A stretch of DNA of 64,000 bases, taken from positions 672,001 to 736,000 of the forward strand of contig CAVXJS010000011.1 of NCBI GenBank assembly GCA_963762145.1. Reading direction: 5' to 3'. The position numbers and the translations under genes were made by a program. The notes under the pieces are model-generated. The model was not told the DNA's origin and did not search any database. It saw only the letters and a program-made list of their open reading frames with translations. The stretch comes from an uncultured Candidatus Rokubacteria bacterium (GTDB lineage: Bacteria > Methylomirabilota > Methylomirabilia > Rokubacteriales > CSP1-6). Within the stretch, counting starts at the first letter, position 1. Every line of letters begins with the position of its first letter. This document shows positions 10,384 to 20,310 of the stretch, piece by piece.

Positions 10384-11473
10384 ATGAAGATCGGGCTGAT
10401 CGGCCTGTCCCGAGAGCGGCAAGACCTCGCTGTTCAACCTGCTGACCGGGGCAGAGCGTCGCGACCTCGTCGTTCGGCGGCGCGCGCGCGCGAGATGCAC
10501 GCGGGCGTGGCGCGCGTGCCCGACGAGCGCGTCGATCGGCTGAGCGCGCTGTTCAAGCCGAAGAAGACGACGCACGCCACGTTCGAGGTGGTCGACCTCG
10601 CCGGGCATCGCGAAGGGCGAGCGGCAGGGCCTCGACGCCAAGGAGTTCCGGAACGCCGACGCGCTGCTCCACGTCGTGCGCGCGTTCCCCGACGCGGCGG
10701 GCGCCGCCGCGAATCCGGGCGGCGACATCGACGACCTCGAGACCGAGCTGATCCTGGCCGACCTCGAGGTGGTGGAGCGGCGGCTCGAGCGGCTCGAGGC
10801 GCAGATCAAGAAGAAGCGGACCGACGCCGACGTGAAGGAGCAGGCCGTGCTCCTGAAGGTGAAGCCCGCGCTCGAGGCGGAGACGCCGATCCGCGCGATG
10901 GGGCTGACCGACGGACGAGGCGCGGGTCCTCCGCGGCTTCACGTTCCTCTCGCAGAAGCCGATCCTGCACTGCCTGAACCTGTCCGAGAAGGAGATCGGC
11001 CGGGCGCCGCGCTCGTGGAGAGCTTCGAGCTCGCCGACGGTGGCGGCGCGCCCGGCGCACGCGCCTCGGCTGGGTCTCCGCGGTGATCGAGGCCGAGGTC
11101 GCGCAGCTCGCCGGGCCGGAGCAGGCCGCGTTCCTCGCCGACCTCGGCCTCGCCGAGCCCGCGATCCGCCGCGTGCTGCAGGACTGCTACGCGCTGCTCG
11201 GCCTCATCTCGTTCTTCACGGTGGGCGAGGACGAGGTGCGCGCCTGGTCCGTTCCCGCGCGGCACCCGCGCCCAGGACGCCGCCGGGCGCCATCCACTCC
11301 GACATCGCGCGGGGCTTCATCCGCGCCGAGGTCGTGGGCTACGACGAGCTCCTCGCCGCCGAGGGCTCGATGGCCGCCGTCCGCGAGCGCGGCCGGTTCC
11401 GCCTCGAGGGCAAGGACTATCACGGTCCAGGACGGCGAGATCTGCCACTTCCGCTTCAACGTGGCGCAAGTAG
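10384..11473 (+). CDS. ychF: Redox-regulated ATPase YchF (OBG family; multiple indels)
   Basis: [80 protein letters not shown]. Confidence 0.9.
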
Positions 11474-11479
11474 CCGCCC

Positions 11480-11682
11480 GTCTAGCTCGGTAGCTCGTCC
11501 CCACGCGACCCAGTGACGGTCGCTGGCCACCTCGCACCGCAGCCGATCGAGCCCCGCCTTCGCGATCTGGCGGAAGCGGTCCACGAAGCCCTGGTTCACC
11601 GCCGCGAAGTCGGCCGCCGCGTAGGCGGTCGCCTGAGTCCGCGGCTCGAGTCATCAGCTCGCGGCTCGAGCACGCGATTCAT
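11480..11682 (-). pseudogene. Internally deleted class I SAM-dependent methyltransferase remnant
   Basis: After indel correction: MNRVLEPELM..QATAYAAADFAAVNQGFVDRF joined directly to [25 protein letters not shown], i.e. recognisable N- and C-termini with no SAM-binding core. Confidence 0.55.
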
Positions 11683-12260
11683 CGTCGCGCCGCCCCCTTC
11701 GTGCCCGCGCCGCACTCGACGGCGCAGAGTGAGCGTGAAGCGGTCGGCGGGATAGGTCCGCTGCGGATCGCGGCAGCCTACCGAGGCGCCGAGCGGATCC
11801 TCGGTGCCGCGGAGATCGCCGTCGCGATGCGAGGCGCAGGCGGTCGTGCGAGCTCGAGGTGCACGTGCGGCACGCCCGCCGAGTTGCCCGAGGCGCCGGA
11901 GAAGCCGATGCGCTCGCCGCGCGCGACCGACTGTCCGGTCGTGACCGTCGCGCCGCGTCAGGTGGCAGTACACGGTCCAGCGCTTGAAGCGGGGATGCGC
12001 GAGCACCACCCCGACGCCGCAGCCCGGCTCGTAGTCGATCAGCAGGCTGACGATCCCGTCGGCGCCCGCCAGGACCGGCGTGCCGACCGGCGCGGCGAAG
12101 TCCACGCCCGCGTGCGGCCGCAGGCGCGGGTGCGCGTTGGCGCCGAGCCGCGAAGCGATAGGGCGGAGAGGATCACCACGTCGGCGGCCTCCTCGGCGAC
12201 CGCGACGGCCGCCGCGACGAGGAGGACCGCGACGGCGAGTCCGGAGCGAGCACCGGACAT
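11679..12260 (-). CDS. Secreted M23 family metallopeptidase (indels)
   Basis: Signal peptide, HAGVDF (HxxxD), TVYCHL, PHVHLE (HxH) across frames. Confidence 0.82.
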
Positions 12261-12263
12261 GCG

Positions 12264-13280
12264 CTACTGGCGGCCGGAGGAAGCCGCGAGCTTCGGCACG
12301 CCGCCCAGGGTCTGCGCGATCTTGACCAGCGTCGCGTCCGAGGTGGCCGATCGGCAGCACGCAGCCCGCGCCGAGGAAGACGCCGCGACCGTCGGTCTGG
12401 GCGAGCGCGTCCCGGCATCTGCGCGAGGGCGGCCTCCGGGGCTCGCATCCTGGAGCGTGGCCCACTGGTCGAGCCCGCCGATGACCGCGCCGGGCACCCG
12501 GGCCTGCGCTTCCCGCAGCGACGGGCCCGCGCGGCGGTCGTCCCAGTTCCAGGCGTCGGCGGGCAGGGTGGCGAGGCGATCGAACATCAGGCGCTCGCCG
12601 TGGCAGTGGAGGATCGTGAGCTTGGAGCGGGGCCGGACCGCCTCCAGGATGCGCCGGTCGTAGGGCTCGCCGAAGCGCGCGGTACTCCTCCTCGGTGTGG
12701 AAGGCGGTGCTCGCCGCCTGCACCGAGTAGAAGATGCCCTCCGCGCCCTCCCGGAAGCACGCGTCGGCGAACGCGAGGATCGTCTCGGTGATGGCCTCGA
12801 GGGCGTCGGTGACGGCCTGCGGGTTCTCCTTGAGGTCGTAGTTGAGGCGATCGCCCGAGAGCTTGCGCGCGAGCGAGAGCGGGCTGAACACGGTCGGCAA
12901 CGGTGGGGCAGTCCGCGCGCCGGTCGACCACGCAGCGGATGATGGTCTCGAGGTGCGAGCCCCACGCGGTGGACTCCATGTTCAGCGGGCGGATCTTCTT
13001 CCAGTCCTCGGGAGCATTGACCGCGTGGCGCGCGCACGGCCGATGGCCGTCCGGCAGGACCTCCGTCGCTCTCCACGCAGCCCCAGTCCGCCACCGCATA
13101 GCCGCCGGTCGGCGTCACCTTGAGGAAGTCCGAGCCGTAGCGCTCGTGGAAGCGCAGCGTGGACTGCGCGAGCGCGGCCGGGTTGCGATCCACGTCCGGG
13201 AAGTGCCGCCAGAAGGCGTAGGGCGGCCGGTCGGTGGGCTCGCGCCGGATCGCGGCCTGGACCCGCTCGAGCTTGGTCAT
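12264..13280 (-). CDS. Uroporphyrinogen decarboxylase/MtaA-like superfamily protein (indels)
   Basis: MTKLERVQAAIRREPTDRPP..FWRHF, TVFSPLS, ILHCHG, IGGLDQ, LGAGCVLP. Confidence 0.8.
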   Translation of the reverse strand: MTKLERVQAAIRREPTDRPPYAFWRHFPDVDRNPAALAQSTLRFHERYGSDFLKVTPTGGYAVADWGCVESDGGPAGRPSAVRAPRGQCSRGLEEDPPAEHGVHRVGLAPRDHHPLRGRPARGLPHRCRPCSARSRSRASSRAIASTTTSRRTRRPSPTPSRPSPRRSSRSPTRASGRARRASSTRCRRRAPPSTPRRSTARFGEPYDRRILEAVRPRSKLTILHCHGERLMFDRLATLPADAWNWDDRRAGPSLREAQARVPGAVIGGLDQWATLQDASPGGRPRADAGTRSPRPTVAASSSARAACCRSATSDATLVKIAQTLGGVPKLAASSGRQ

Positions 13281-14186
13281 GACGCCAGCACGAGCTCCGC
13301 GTCGCGCACCGCGGGGCGGCCGTCTGCCGCGAGCGCCTCGAAGCCCACCACGGCGCCCGCGGGCGAGGACCGCGGTGCCTGGCCCCGGACGACGATCCGC
13401 GAGGGCATCCGCACCATGGCGCCGAAGCGGGCGGTCACCGCGCGCACCGGCGTGGCCGCGCCGCGCGCCTGTCGTCCGAGCGCCTGCGAGATCGCGAGGG
13501 CCAGCGTGGCGGTGCCGTGCAGGATGATGTCGGGCAGCCCGGCGCCCAGGGCGACCGCGCGTCGGTGTGGATCGGGTTCCAGATCCGCGCGCACTCCGTG
13601 TAGACGTGGGCGAGGGCGGCGGCGACCGGGACGTCGGTGGTCCAGGACCACCCGTCACCCTGCCCTCTGCCCCAGAGGGGCGAGGGCTCCGCCTCTCGCG
13701 TCTCGCCCTCTGGGGAGAGGGTCGGCGTGAGCGGCGACGTCGCACTCCACGCCCAGGTACAGCGAGCCGTACTCGGTGGTGCTGACCGGCCGACCCGCCG
13801 CATCGACCGTCTCGATGCGGAGCACCAGATAGGCGCCGGGCGTCCGCGGCTCGAGCGCGGCGACGGTGGCCGTCGTGCTGAGCCGGTCGCCGGCGCGCGG
13901 CGGCCGATGCAAGCGGAGGCGTGCGTGGCGTGCACGCTGCGCACCGCGACCTCGTCGGGCAGCGCCTTGGCCCGGACGTCGACCGCCAGGGGCCACTCGT
14001 AGCAGACGGGGAACAGCGGGTGCGCGAGGACGCCGTCCGGCCGCGTGGTGTCGAAGTATCCGGCGCGTGCTCGCCGAGCGCGGCGGCATAGGCCATGAGC
14101 CAGCGCGCGTCGACTTCCTGCTCGCGCGGGCCGACCGTGATGCCGACGGCGGAGGCGGGAATGCGCATGAGGTCCGGGCCCGTCAC
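13277..14186 (-). CDS. Double MaoC/hot-dog-fold dehydratase (indels; linker contains a palindromic repeat)
   Basis: MAYAAALG, VHATH, YTECARIWNPIHTD, GLPDIILHGTATL motifs. Confidence 0.8.
13651..13734. repeat. Palindromic REP-like element, copy inside the MaoC gene
   Basis: CCCGTCACCCTGCCCTCTGCCCC-AGA-GGGGCGAGGG...TCTCGCCCTC-T-GGGGAGAGGGTCGGCGTGAGCGG; matches 20215-20296. Confidence 0.8.
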
Positions 14187-14213
14187 CCGGCCCTCTCTCC
14201 AGAGGAGAGAGGG
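14179..14213. repeat. Half-copy of the same palindromic element at the RACo/MaoC gene junction
   Basis: CCCGTCACCCGGCCCTCTCTCC-AGA-GGAGAGAGGG hairpin. Confidence 0.7.
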
Positions 14214-16076
14214 GGAGTGCGGGGGAAGTTCATGCAGTCCACGAAGATGGCCTCGAAGTCGGGATGCGCGGCGAGCGAGACGTGCTCGATGCGGCGCGCG
14301 ATGGTCCGCGGCCCGCGCGCGCTCGGGCTCGGACACCAGGGCGAGCTGGGCGCCGAGCGCGGCCGCGTTGCCGACGTAGCGGATCTTCGCTTCGGGGAGG
14401 TCGGGCGGGATGAGCCCGATGCGCAGCGCGCTGCGCACCGAGAGGTAGTTGCCGAAGCCGCCCGCGAGCATCAGCTCGCTCGACGTCGCTCGGGCCCGAC
14501 GCCCGCGATGTGCCGCAGCATCGCCACTCCGGAGGCGATGGCGCCCTTGCAGAGCTGCACCTGCCGCACGTCGTCCTGGGTGAGCACGATCTCCCGCTCC
14601 GCGCCCGTGCTCGGCGGGGCGCGCGAGCACGACCAGGCGCTCCTCCCCGCGCATCTGGACCCGCGCGCGCATGGGGGCGGGAAGCCGGTCGCGGCCATCC
14701 ACGTCGATGAGCCCGGTCCAGTCGATGACGCCCAGCGTCGAGCAGCGACGGCGACCGCGTCGACGAGCCCGGAGCCGCAGAGGCCCTGGGCGGCGAGCGT
14801 CGCCGATCGTGTGCAGGCGGAGGTCGCCGTCCTCCACGCCCACGCGGTCGATGGCCCCGACGCGCGGCCCGCATGCCGTGGCGGATCTGCGCGCCCTCGA
14901 GCGCGGGGCCGGCGGGCGCCGAGCACGCCCAGAGCCGCTCGCGCGAGCCCAGCAGGACCTCGCCATTCGTGCCGATGTCCACCGCGATGCGGAGCGAGGG
15001 CGTGTCGTCGATGCGGGTCGCGAGGGCCACCGCCACCGCGTCCGCGCCCACGAAGCCGGCCACGATCGGGAGCAGGCACACGCGCGCCTCGGGCTGCAGC
15101 TTGAGGAAGAGGTCGCGCGCGGGGAGGATGAGTGGCGTGGCGCATCACCGGCGCGTAGGGGGCGAGGCCGACGTAGGAGGGATCGATGCCGAGCAGCAGG
15201 TGGTGCATGCAGGTGTTGCCGACGACCACGACCTTGTAGATCCACTTGGCGAGGACGCCCGACTCGCGCGCGATCTGCTCGATGTGCTGGTTGAGCAGGC
15301 CGATGATGCGCGTCTGCAGCTTGCGCAGGTTCGCCGGATCGAACTGGGCGAAGGCGATGCGCGACATCAGATCGCCGCCGAAGACGGCCTGCGGATTCAG
15401 GCTCGACGCGGACGCGAGCTGCTCGCCGGACTCGAGCTCCATCAGCGTGGTCACCACGCTGGTGGTCCCGATGTCGATGGCGAGACCGTACTTGTGCAGC
15501 GCCGTGTCACCCGCCTCCACGGCCAAAACGTGCCGGCCGAACGTGGTCACGGTGACCTCGCCGCCGCGCTCGCGCAGCGCGGCGGGCAGGGTCTTCAGCA
15601 CCGCGGGCGGTACGTCCTCGAGGTCGCCCCCCGTCGCGGCGAGCAGCGCCTCCAGGTCGGAGGTCTGGAGATGCTCGTCCTTGGGCAGGGTCACCTGGAC
15701 CGCGCGCTTGCGGACGCCGGCGTCGATCGAGATCGGCGCGGGCGCGCCGGCCGGACGCTCGCCGCCCAGGATCTGGAAGGTGGTGCTCGTCGAGCGGCGG
15801 CGCGATCTGCACGGTGACCGCCTCGGTGAGCGGCCACTGGCAGGAGAGCCGGTAACCCTCGCGGACGAGGGCGTCGCCCAGCTGCAGCTCGTCCATGATG
15901 GTGGGCGGCGGCGCGGTGCCCGCGACCAACTTGACCCGGCAGGACGTGCAGCGGCCCCGCCCGCCGCAGATGGCGTTGATGTCCACGCCGCCGCCGTGCG
16001 CGGCCTTCAGGATGGTCGTGCCGGGCTTGGTGTCGAGGACGCGCGGGCCGGGCAGGATGGTCAGGGAAATGGCCAT
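14183..16076 (-). CDS. ASKHA-domain reductive activator of corrinoid proteins (RACo/RamA-like) with N-terminal 2Fe-2S domain (indels)
   Basis: CGGRGRCTSC..RLSCQ; DIGTTSV; NPQAVFGGDLMSRI; GFVGADAVA; DIGTNGE; AGPALEG; GLCGSGLVD; LTQDDVRQVQLCKGAI; LAGGFGNY. Confidence 0.9.
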
Positions 16077-16183
16077 GCGGGCGCAGGATACCATTCTTTT
16101 TCTTGACTTTACGCGCGTGTTTGCGGATAGTTACCTACTAACCCGTCACAGGGTCTGGGCGGGCACTGTCCCCGGGGGGTGCG

Positions 16184-17110
16184 TTGCTCCGCTACGTCGT
16201 TTATCGCCTCCTCTGGCTGGTTCCGACGCTCCTCGCCATGGCGCTCGTCACCTTCCTGGTGATGCACGCTACGCCGGGTAGCCCTCTCGATCCGGTCGCG
16301 GAGGGGGCGAACCCGTTGTCGCCGGAGGCGCAGAAGAACCTCGCGGAGGCCTACGGGCTGGACAAGCCGCTCTATGTCCAGTTCGGCATCTTCCTCCAGA
16401 AGGCCGTGCGCGGTGATTTCGGCACGTCGTTCGTCTACAAGACCCGCACGGTGGCCGAGATCATGGCCGAGACGTTCCCGATCTCCCTCCTCCTTGGCAG
16501 CATGGCCCTGGCGCTGGCGGTGATCGGGGGGCTCACGCTCGGGGTGCTGGCCGCGGTCTACCAGAACCGGTCCTGGGACTACGTCTCGGTGAGCGTGGCC
16601 ACGCTCGGGGTCAGCGTGCCCAACTTCGTGCTGGCCGTGTTCCTGATCGTGCTCTTCTCGTTCGTCCTGCCCATCTTCCCCACCGGGGGCTGGAACTCGC
16701 CGAAGGACTGGGTCCTACCGACGATCACGCTCGCGCTGGCCCCGATGGGCATCATCGCGCGCTTCACGCGTTCTAGCATGCTGGAAGTCATCCGCTCCGA
16801 TTACATCGTGACCGCGCGGGCCAAGGGGCTGGCCGAGACGCCGGTAATCCTCAAGCACGTGCTCAAGAACGGCTTCATCCCGGTGGTCACGCTGCTCGGC
16901 CCCATGTTCGCCGCGGTGGGGACCGGCTCCTTCTTCGTGGAGTCCATCTTCCGCGTTCCGGGCATGGGCCGCTTCTTCGTGCTCTCGATGACCGGACGCG
17001 ACTATCCGATGATCATGGCGGTCGTGCTGATTTACGGAGGGTTCCTGGCCCTCATGAACCTCGTGGTCGACCTCCTCTATGGCCTTCTCGACCCCCGCAT
17101 CCGATACTAG
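16184..17110 (+). CDS. Peptide/nickel ABC transporter permease (OppB/DppB-like)
   Basis: GLDKPL..Q, GDFGTS, EAA-type loop DYIVTARAKGL, RDYPMI, LDPRIRY. Confidence 0.92.
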   Translation: MLRYVVYRLLWLVPTLLAMALVTFLVMHATPGSPLDPVAEGANPLSPEAQKNLAEAYGLDKPLYVQFGIFLQKAVRGDFGTSFVYKTRTVAEIMAETFPISLLLGSMALALAVIGGLTLGVLAAVYQNRSWDYVSVSVATLGVSVPNFVLAVFLIVLFSFVLPIFPTGGWNSPKDWVLPTITLALAPMGIIARFTRSSMLEVIRSDYIVTARAKGLAETPVILKHVLKNGFIPVVTLLGPMFAAVGTGSFFVESIFRVPGMGRFFVLSMTGRDYPMIMAVVLIYGGFLALMNLVVDLLYGLLDPRIRY

Positions 17111-18002
17111 TCTGCCCACGCCGGACGGCGCGGCGATGGCCCTGCCGCGGGCCGCGATCCGCGGCTCGAGCCTCTGGCGTGACGCCTGGCGGCGTCTGCT
17201 CCGCAACAAGCTGGCGGTCGTGGGCGGGGTAGTGGTCATCTTGCTCCTGCTGCTCGCCGTCTTCGCCGACCTGGTCGCGCCGCAGTCCTACACGAAGCCC
17301 AACTTCGGCCGGCTCTACGAGTTTCCCTCCCGGGAGTTCCCGCTCGGCACCGATCAGCTCGGTCGCGACGTGCTCTCCCGCCTGATCTACGGAGCGCGTG
17401 TCTCGATGCTGGTGGGCCTCGGCGCCCAGGTCATCATCGTGCTGATCGGCGTCCCGATCGGAGCAGTGTCCGGGTTCATCGGTGGCCGCACCGACCTGAT
17501 CCTGACCCGCTTCATGGACGTGATGTACGCCTTCCCGAACCTGCTCTTCGTCATCCTCGTCATGTCGATGCTGGGGGCCGGGCTGATGAACATCTTCATC
17601 GCGCTCGGCCTCACCGGCTGGGTGGGTATCGCGCGCCAGACGCGCGCCCAGGTCCTCTCCATCAAGGAGAAGGAGTTCGTGGAGGGCGCCCGGGCGCTCG
17701 GGGCCGGCTTCTGGCGGGTGATGAGCCGCCACGTGCTGCCGAGCGCGCTCACCCCCATCGTCGTGTCGATCACCTTCGGCATCCCCGAGGCTATCTTCAC
17801 CGAGGCGGCGCTCTCGTTCATCGGGGTCGGCATCAACCCGCCCACGCCTTCGTGGGGCCAGATGGTGGGGGAGAACCAGCAGTTCCTGCGCTCCTACTGG
17901 CACCTGTGCGTGTTCCCGTCGATCGCCATCGCGGTGACCATGCTCTCGTTCACCTTCTTCGGCGACGGGGTCCGCGACGCGCTCGACCCCAAGCTGAAGT
18001 AA
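17079..18002 (+). CDS. Peptide/nickel ABC transporter permease (OppC/DppC-like); start may be 17136
   Basis: LGTDQLGRDVLSRLIYGARVS, EFVEGARALGA, GDGVRDALDPK. Confidence 0.92.
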   Translation: MAFSTPASDTSLPTPDGAAMALPRAAIRGSSLWRDAWRRLLRNKLAVVGGVVVILLLLLAVFADLVAPQSYTKPNFGRLYEFPSREFPLGTDQLGRDVLSRLIYGARVSMLVGLGAQVIIVLIGVPIGAVSGFIGGRTDLILTRFMDVMYAFPNLLFVILVMSMLGAGLMNIFIALGLTGWVGIARQTRAQVLSIKEKEFVEGARALGAGFWRVMSRHVLPSALTPIVVSITFGIPEAIFTEAALSFIGVGINPPTPSWGQMVGENQQFLRSYWHLCVFPSIAIAVTMLSFTFFGDGVRDALDPKLK

Positions 18003-18022
18003 CTCACAGGAGGACACCCACC

Positions 18023-19753
18023 ATGCGCATTCCAGACGAGCAGATGGAACTCTTCGCCAAGCGCCTCGAGTCCATCGGGGTCGGCCGGCGCGACTTCCTG
18101 AAGGTGGTCGGCGCCATGGCCGCGTTCGGCGGGCTCGGCTTCGCCACGCAGGCCGGGGCGGCCGCGCCGTCCAAGCCTGGGCCGGGCGAGAAGCTGGCCA
18201 AGGAGCAGGTGCTCCGCTACGGCGGCGGCGGGTGGATGCAGAACGATCCGTCCAGCCACGATTTCAACAAGGACCTCTACTGTGGCGGAGCGAACTCGCT
18301 GTTCGCAGGGCTCATGGTGTTCAACGCCGACTTCGTGTCGATCCCTTGGATGGCTTCCAAGGTTGAGGGGAACAAGGACGGCTCGGTGTGGACCTTCACG
18401 ATCCGGAAGGACAGCCGCTGGTCGGACAACTCGCCGGTATCGGCGCGGGACTTCGAGTGGTCGTGGAAGCGCCAGCTCGATCCAGCCACCGCCGCGCCCT
18501 ACGCCTCCTTCCTGTACGACCTGAAGAATGGCGAAGCGTACAACAAGAAGCAGGTCACGGACGCGAGCCAGGTCGGCGTGCGCGCCAAGGACGACTGGAC
18601 GCTCGAGGTGACGCTCGAGGGCCCGCGCGGCTACTTCCCGGTGCTCGCGGCCTACCTGGCCGCTCTGCCGGCTCACCGCGGTGCGGTGGAGAAGCACGGT
18701 GACAAGTGGACGGAGGCGGCCAATATCGTGACCAACGGGCCGTTCACTCTCGAGGCCTGGGAGCACAACAAGCAGGTTGTGCTCAAGAAGAACCCGTACT
18801 ACTACGGCGCCAAGAACGTGCACCTGAGCCGGGTGGTCATTCCGATCATTCCGGTAGCCTCCGGCGCGCTGCCCTACGAGAACAACGAGCTCGACCTGAC
18901 CGCGCTCCAGGCGGGGGATCTCAAGCGGCTGCAGTCCGACCCGCGCATGTCGAAGGACGTCTTCCGGTACCCGTTCCCGGGCACCTGGTACCTGCTGCCG
19001 CAGACCACGAAGCCGCCGTTCGACAACCTGAAGGTCCGTAAGGCGGTTGCCCACGCGATCGACCGGGAGAACGTCGTCAAGGTGAGCCAGGGACTCACGA
19101 TTCCCGCCTGGTCGATGATCCCACCTGGATTCCCCGGCGCGCTCGACGACCCCAAGATCAAGGCGATCCAGAAGTACGATAAGAAGCTGGCTCTGGAACA
19201 GCTCAAGGGCACGCCCTTTGAAGGTGGCAAGAACTGGCCCAAGATCACGCTCTCGATGCGTGACGAGGGTCTCGGCTCGAAGCCGCTCGCGGAGGCGGTC
19301 CAGGCGGTGCTGCTGGACACGCTCAACATGAAGACGGATCTGGAAGTTCTCGAGCCGCGGGTGTTTCGCGATCGCCTCTGGAAGCAGGAAATGCAGTTCG
19401 TCTGGATCCGCTGGTTCATGGACTATCCGGATCCGCACAACGAGTATTTCGACACCTTCTACGGCAAGAAGACCACCGGCCGGCGTCAGGCGTGGGTCAA
19501 TGAGGCCTTCGACAAGGAGCTGGAGGCGGGCCGCGACACCCGCGATCCCAAGAAGCGCCTCGAGCACTACAAGAAGGCCGAGGAGATCATGCAGCAGGAC
19601 GCCGGTTATGTGCCGGTGGCCTGGGTACTCCGCTACGCGGCCAAGAAGCCGTGGGTCGGCGGGATCGAGAAGAACAAGGCGGGGGAGTTCGTGGTGGACG
19701 GCAACATCTACGTGGACATGTTCCAGCACGTCTACATCACCGAGAAAGGGTAG
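18023..19753 (+). CDS. Family 5 peptide ABC substrate-binding protein with Tat signal
   Basis: RRDFLK Tat motif, WTFTIRKDSRWSD, TNGPFTL, PFDNLKVRKAVAHAIDR; AGGAGG RBS. Confidence 0.92.
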   Translation: MRIPDEQMELFAKRLESIGVGRRDFLKVVGAMAAFGGLGFATQAGAAAPSKPGPGEKLAKEQVLRYGGGGWMQNDPSSHDFNKDLYCGGANSLFAGLMVFNADFVSIPWMASKVEGNKDGSVWTFTIRKDSRWSDNSPVSARDFEWSWKRQLDPATAAPYASFLYDLKNGEAYNKKQVTDASQVGVRAKDDWTLEVTLEGPRGYFPVLAAYLAALPAHRGAVEKHGDKWTEAANIVTNGPFTLEAWEHNKQVVLKKNPYYYGAKNVHLSRVVIPIIPVASGALPYENNELDLTALQAGDLKRLQSDPRMSKDVFRYPFPGTWYLLPQTTKPPFDNLKVRKAVAHAIDRENVVKVSQGLTIPAWSMIPPGFPGALDDPKIKAIQKYDKKLALEQLKGTPFEGGKNWPKITLSMRDEGLGSKPLAEAVQAVLLDTLNMKTDLEVLEPRVFRDRLWKQEMQFVWIRWFMDYPDPHNEYFDTFYGKKTTGRRQAWVNEAFDKELEAGRDTRDPKKRLEHYKKAEEIMQQDAGYVPVAWVLRYAAKKPWVGGIEKNKAGEFVVDGNIYVDMFQHVYITEKG

Positions 19754-19761
19754 TGCTAAGA

Positions 19762-20199
19762 ATGAGAGGAAGTATTCGCGCTGCACGAGTGGTGCTGTTC
19801 GTGGCCGTGGGGTTGATGCTGGGAACCGGGGTGGCCGCCGCCCAGGTGGACGTGGGCAAGGCGCTGGTCGGGACGTGGAAGGGTGAGCTCCAGCAGCGTT
19901 CGCAGAAGGACGCGGATCCCACCCTCGTGCTGGTGATCAAGTCGGTCAAGGAGGAGAACGGCAAGTGGATGGCGGATGCCCGCGTGGGCGCCACCGAGGA
20001 CAAGACCGCGAAAGTGAATCTCGAGATCGACACCAGCGGTGCCAAGCCAGCCGTTCGGTGGACGGGTGGGAAGGGGGCTGTGTACGATCTCAGCCTCCTG
20101 GATGACAAGAACCTTGTGGGGACGGCCCTGCTGACCACCGGCGCTGGTGGCGCCAACCGGGACCGGTCCCGGTCTGTGAAGCTCGAGAAGAAAGAGTAG
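19762..20199 (+). CDS. Hypothetical secreted protein
   Basis: Signal peptide (..AAAQ), LVGTWKG beta-rich body, typical codon bias. Confidence 0.7.
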   Translation: MRGSIRAARVVLFVAVGLMLGTGVAAAQVDVGKALVGTWKGELQQRSQKDADPTLVLVIKSVKEENGKWMADARVGATEDKTAKVNLEIDTSGAKPAVRWTGGKGAVYDLSLLDDKNLVGTALLTTGAGGANRDRSRSVKLEKKE

Positions 20200-20214
20200 G
20201 AGCCGAGACCACGG

Positions 20215-20296
20215 CCCCTCACCCTGCCCTCTCCCCAACGGGGAGAGGGCTGTTCGGACCCTCGCCCCCGCAGGGGGAGAGGGTAGGGTGAGGGGG
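20215..20296. repeat. Palindromic REP-like element between convergent genes (possible bidirectional terminator)
   Basis: CCCCTCACCCT..CCCTCTCCCC-AAC-GGGGAGAGGG and CCCTCGCCCC..GGGGGAGAGGGTAGGGTGAGGGG; terminal inverted repeats enclose two hairpins. Confidence 0.85.
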
Positions 20297-20310
20297 ACGT
20301 CCGCAGGCGG

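Noticed and set aside
12264-13280. Calling this gene hemE
   Set aside because: Lacks the canonical WxMRQAGR motif of true UROD and fits the broader UroD/MtaA-like superfamily
16077-16183. Cobalamin riboswitch upstream of the corrinoid activator
   Set aside because: The intergenic region is only ~107 bp, is occupied by divergent promoter-like elements, and has no B12 box
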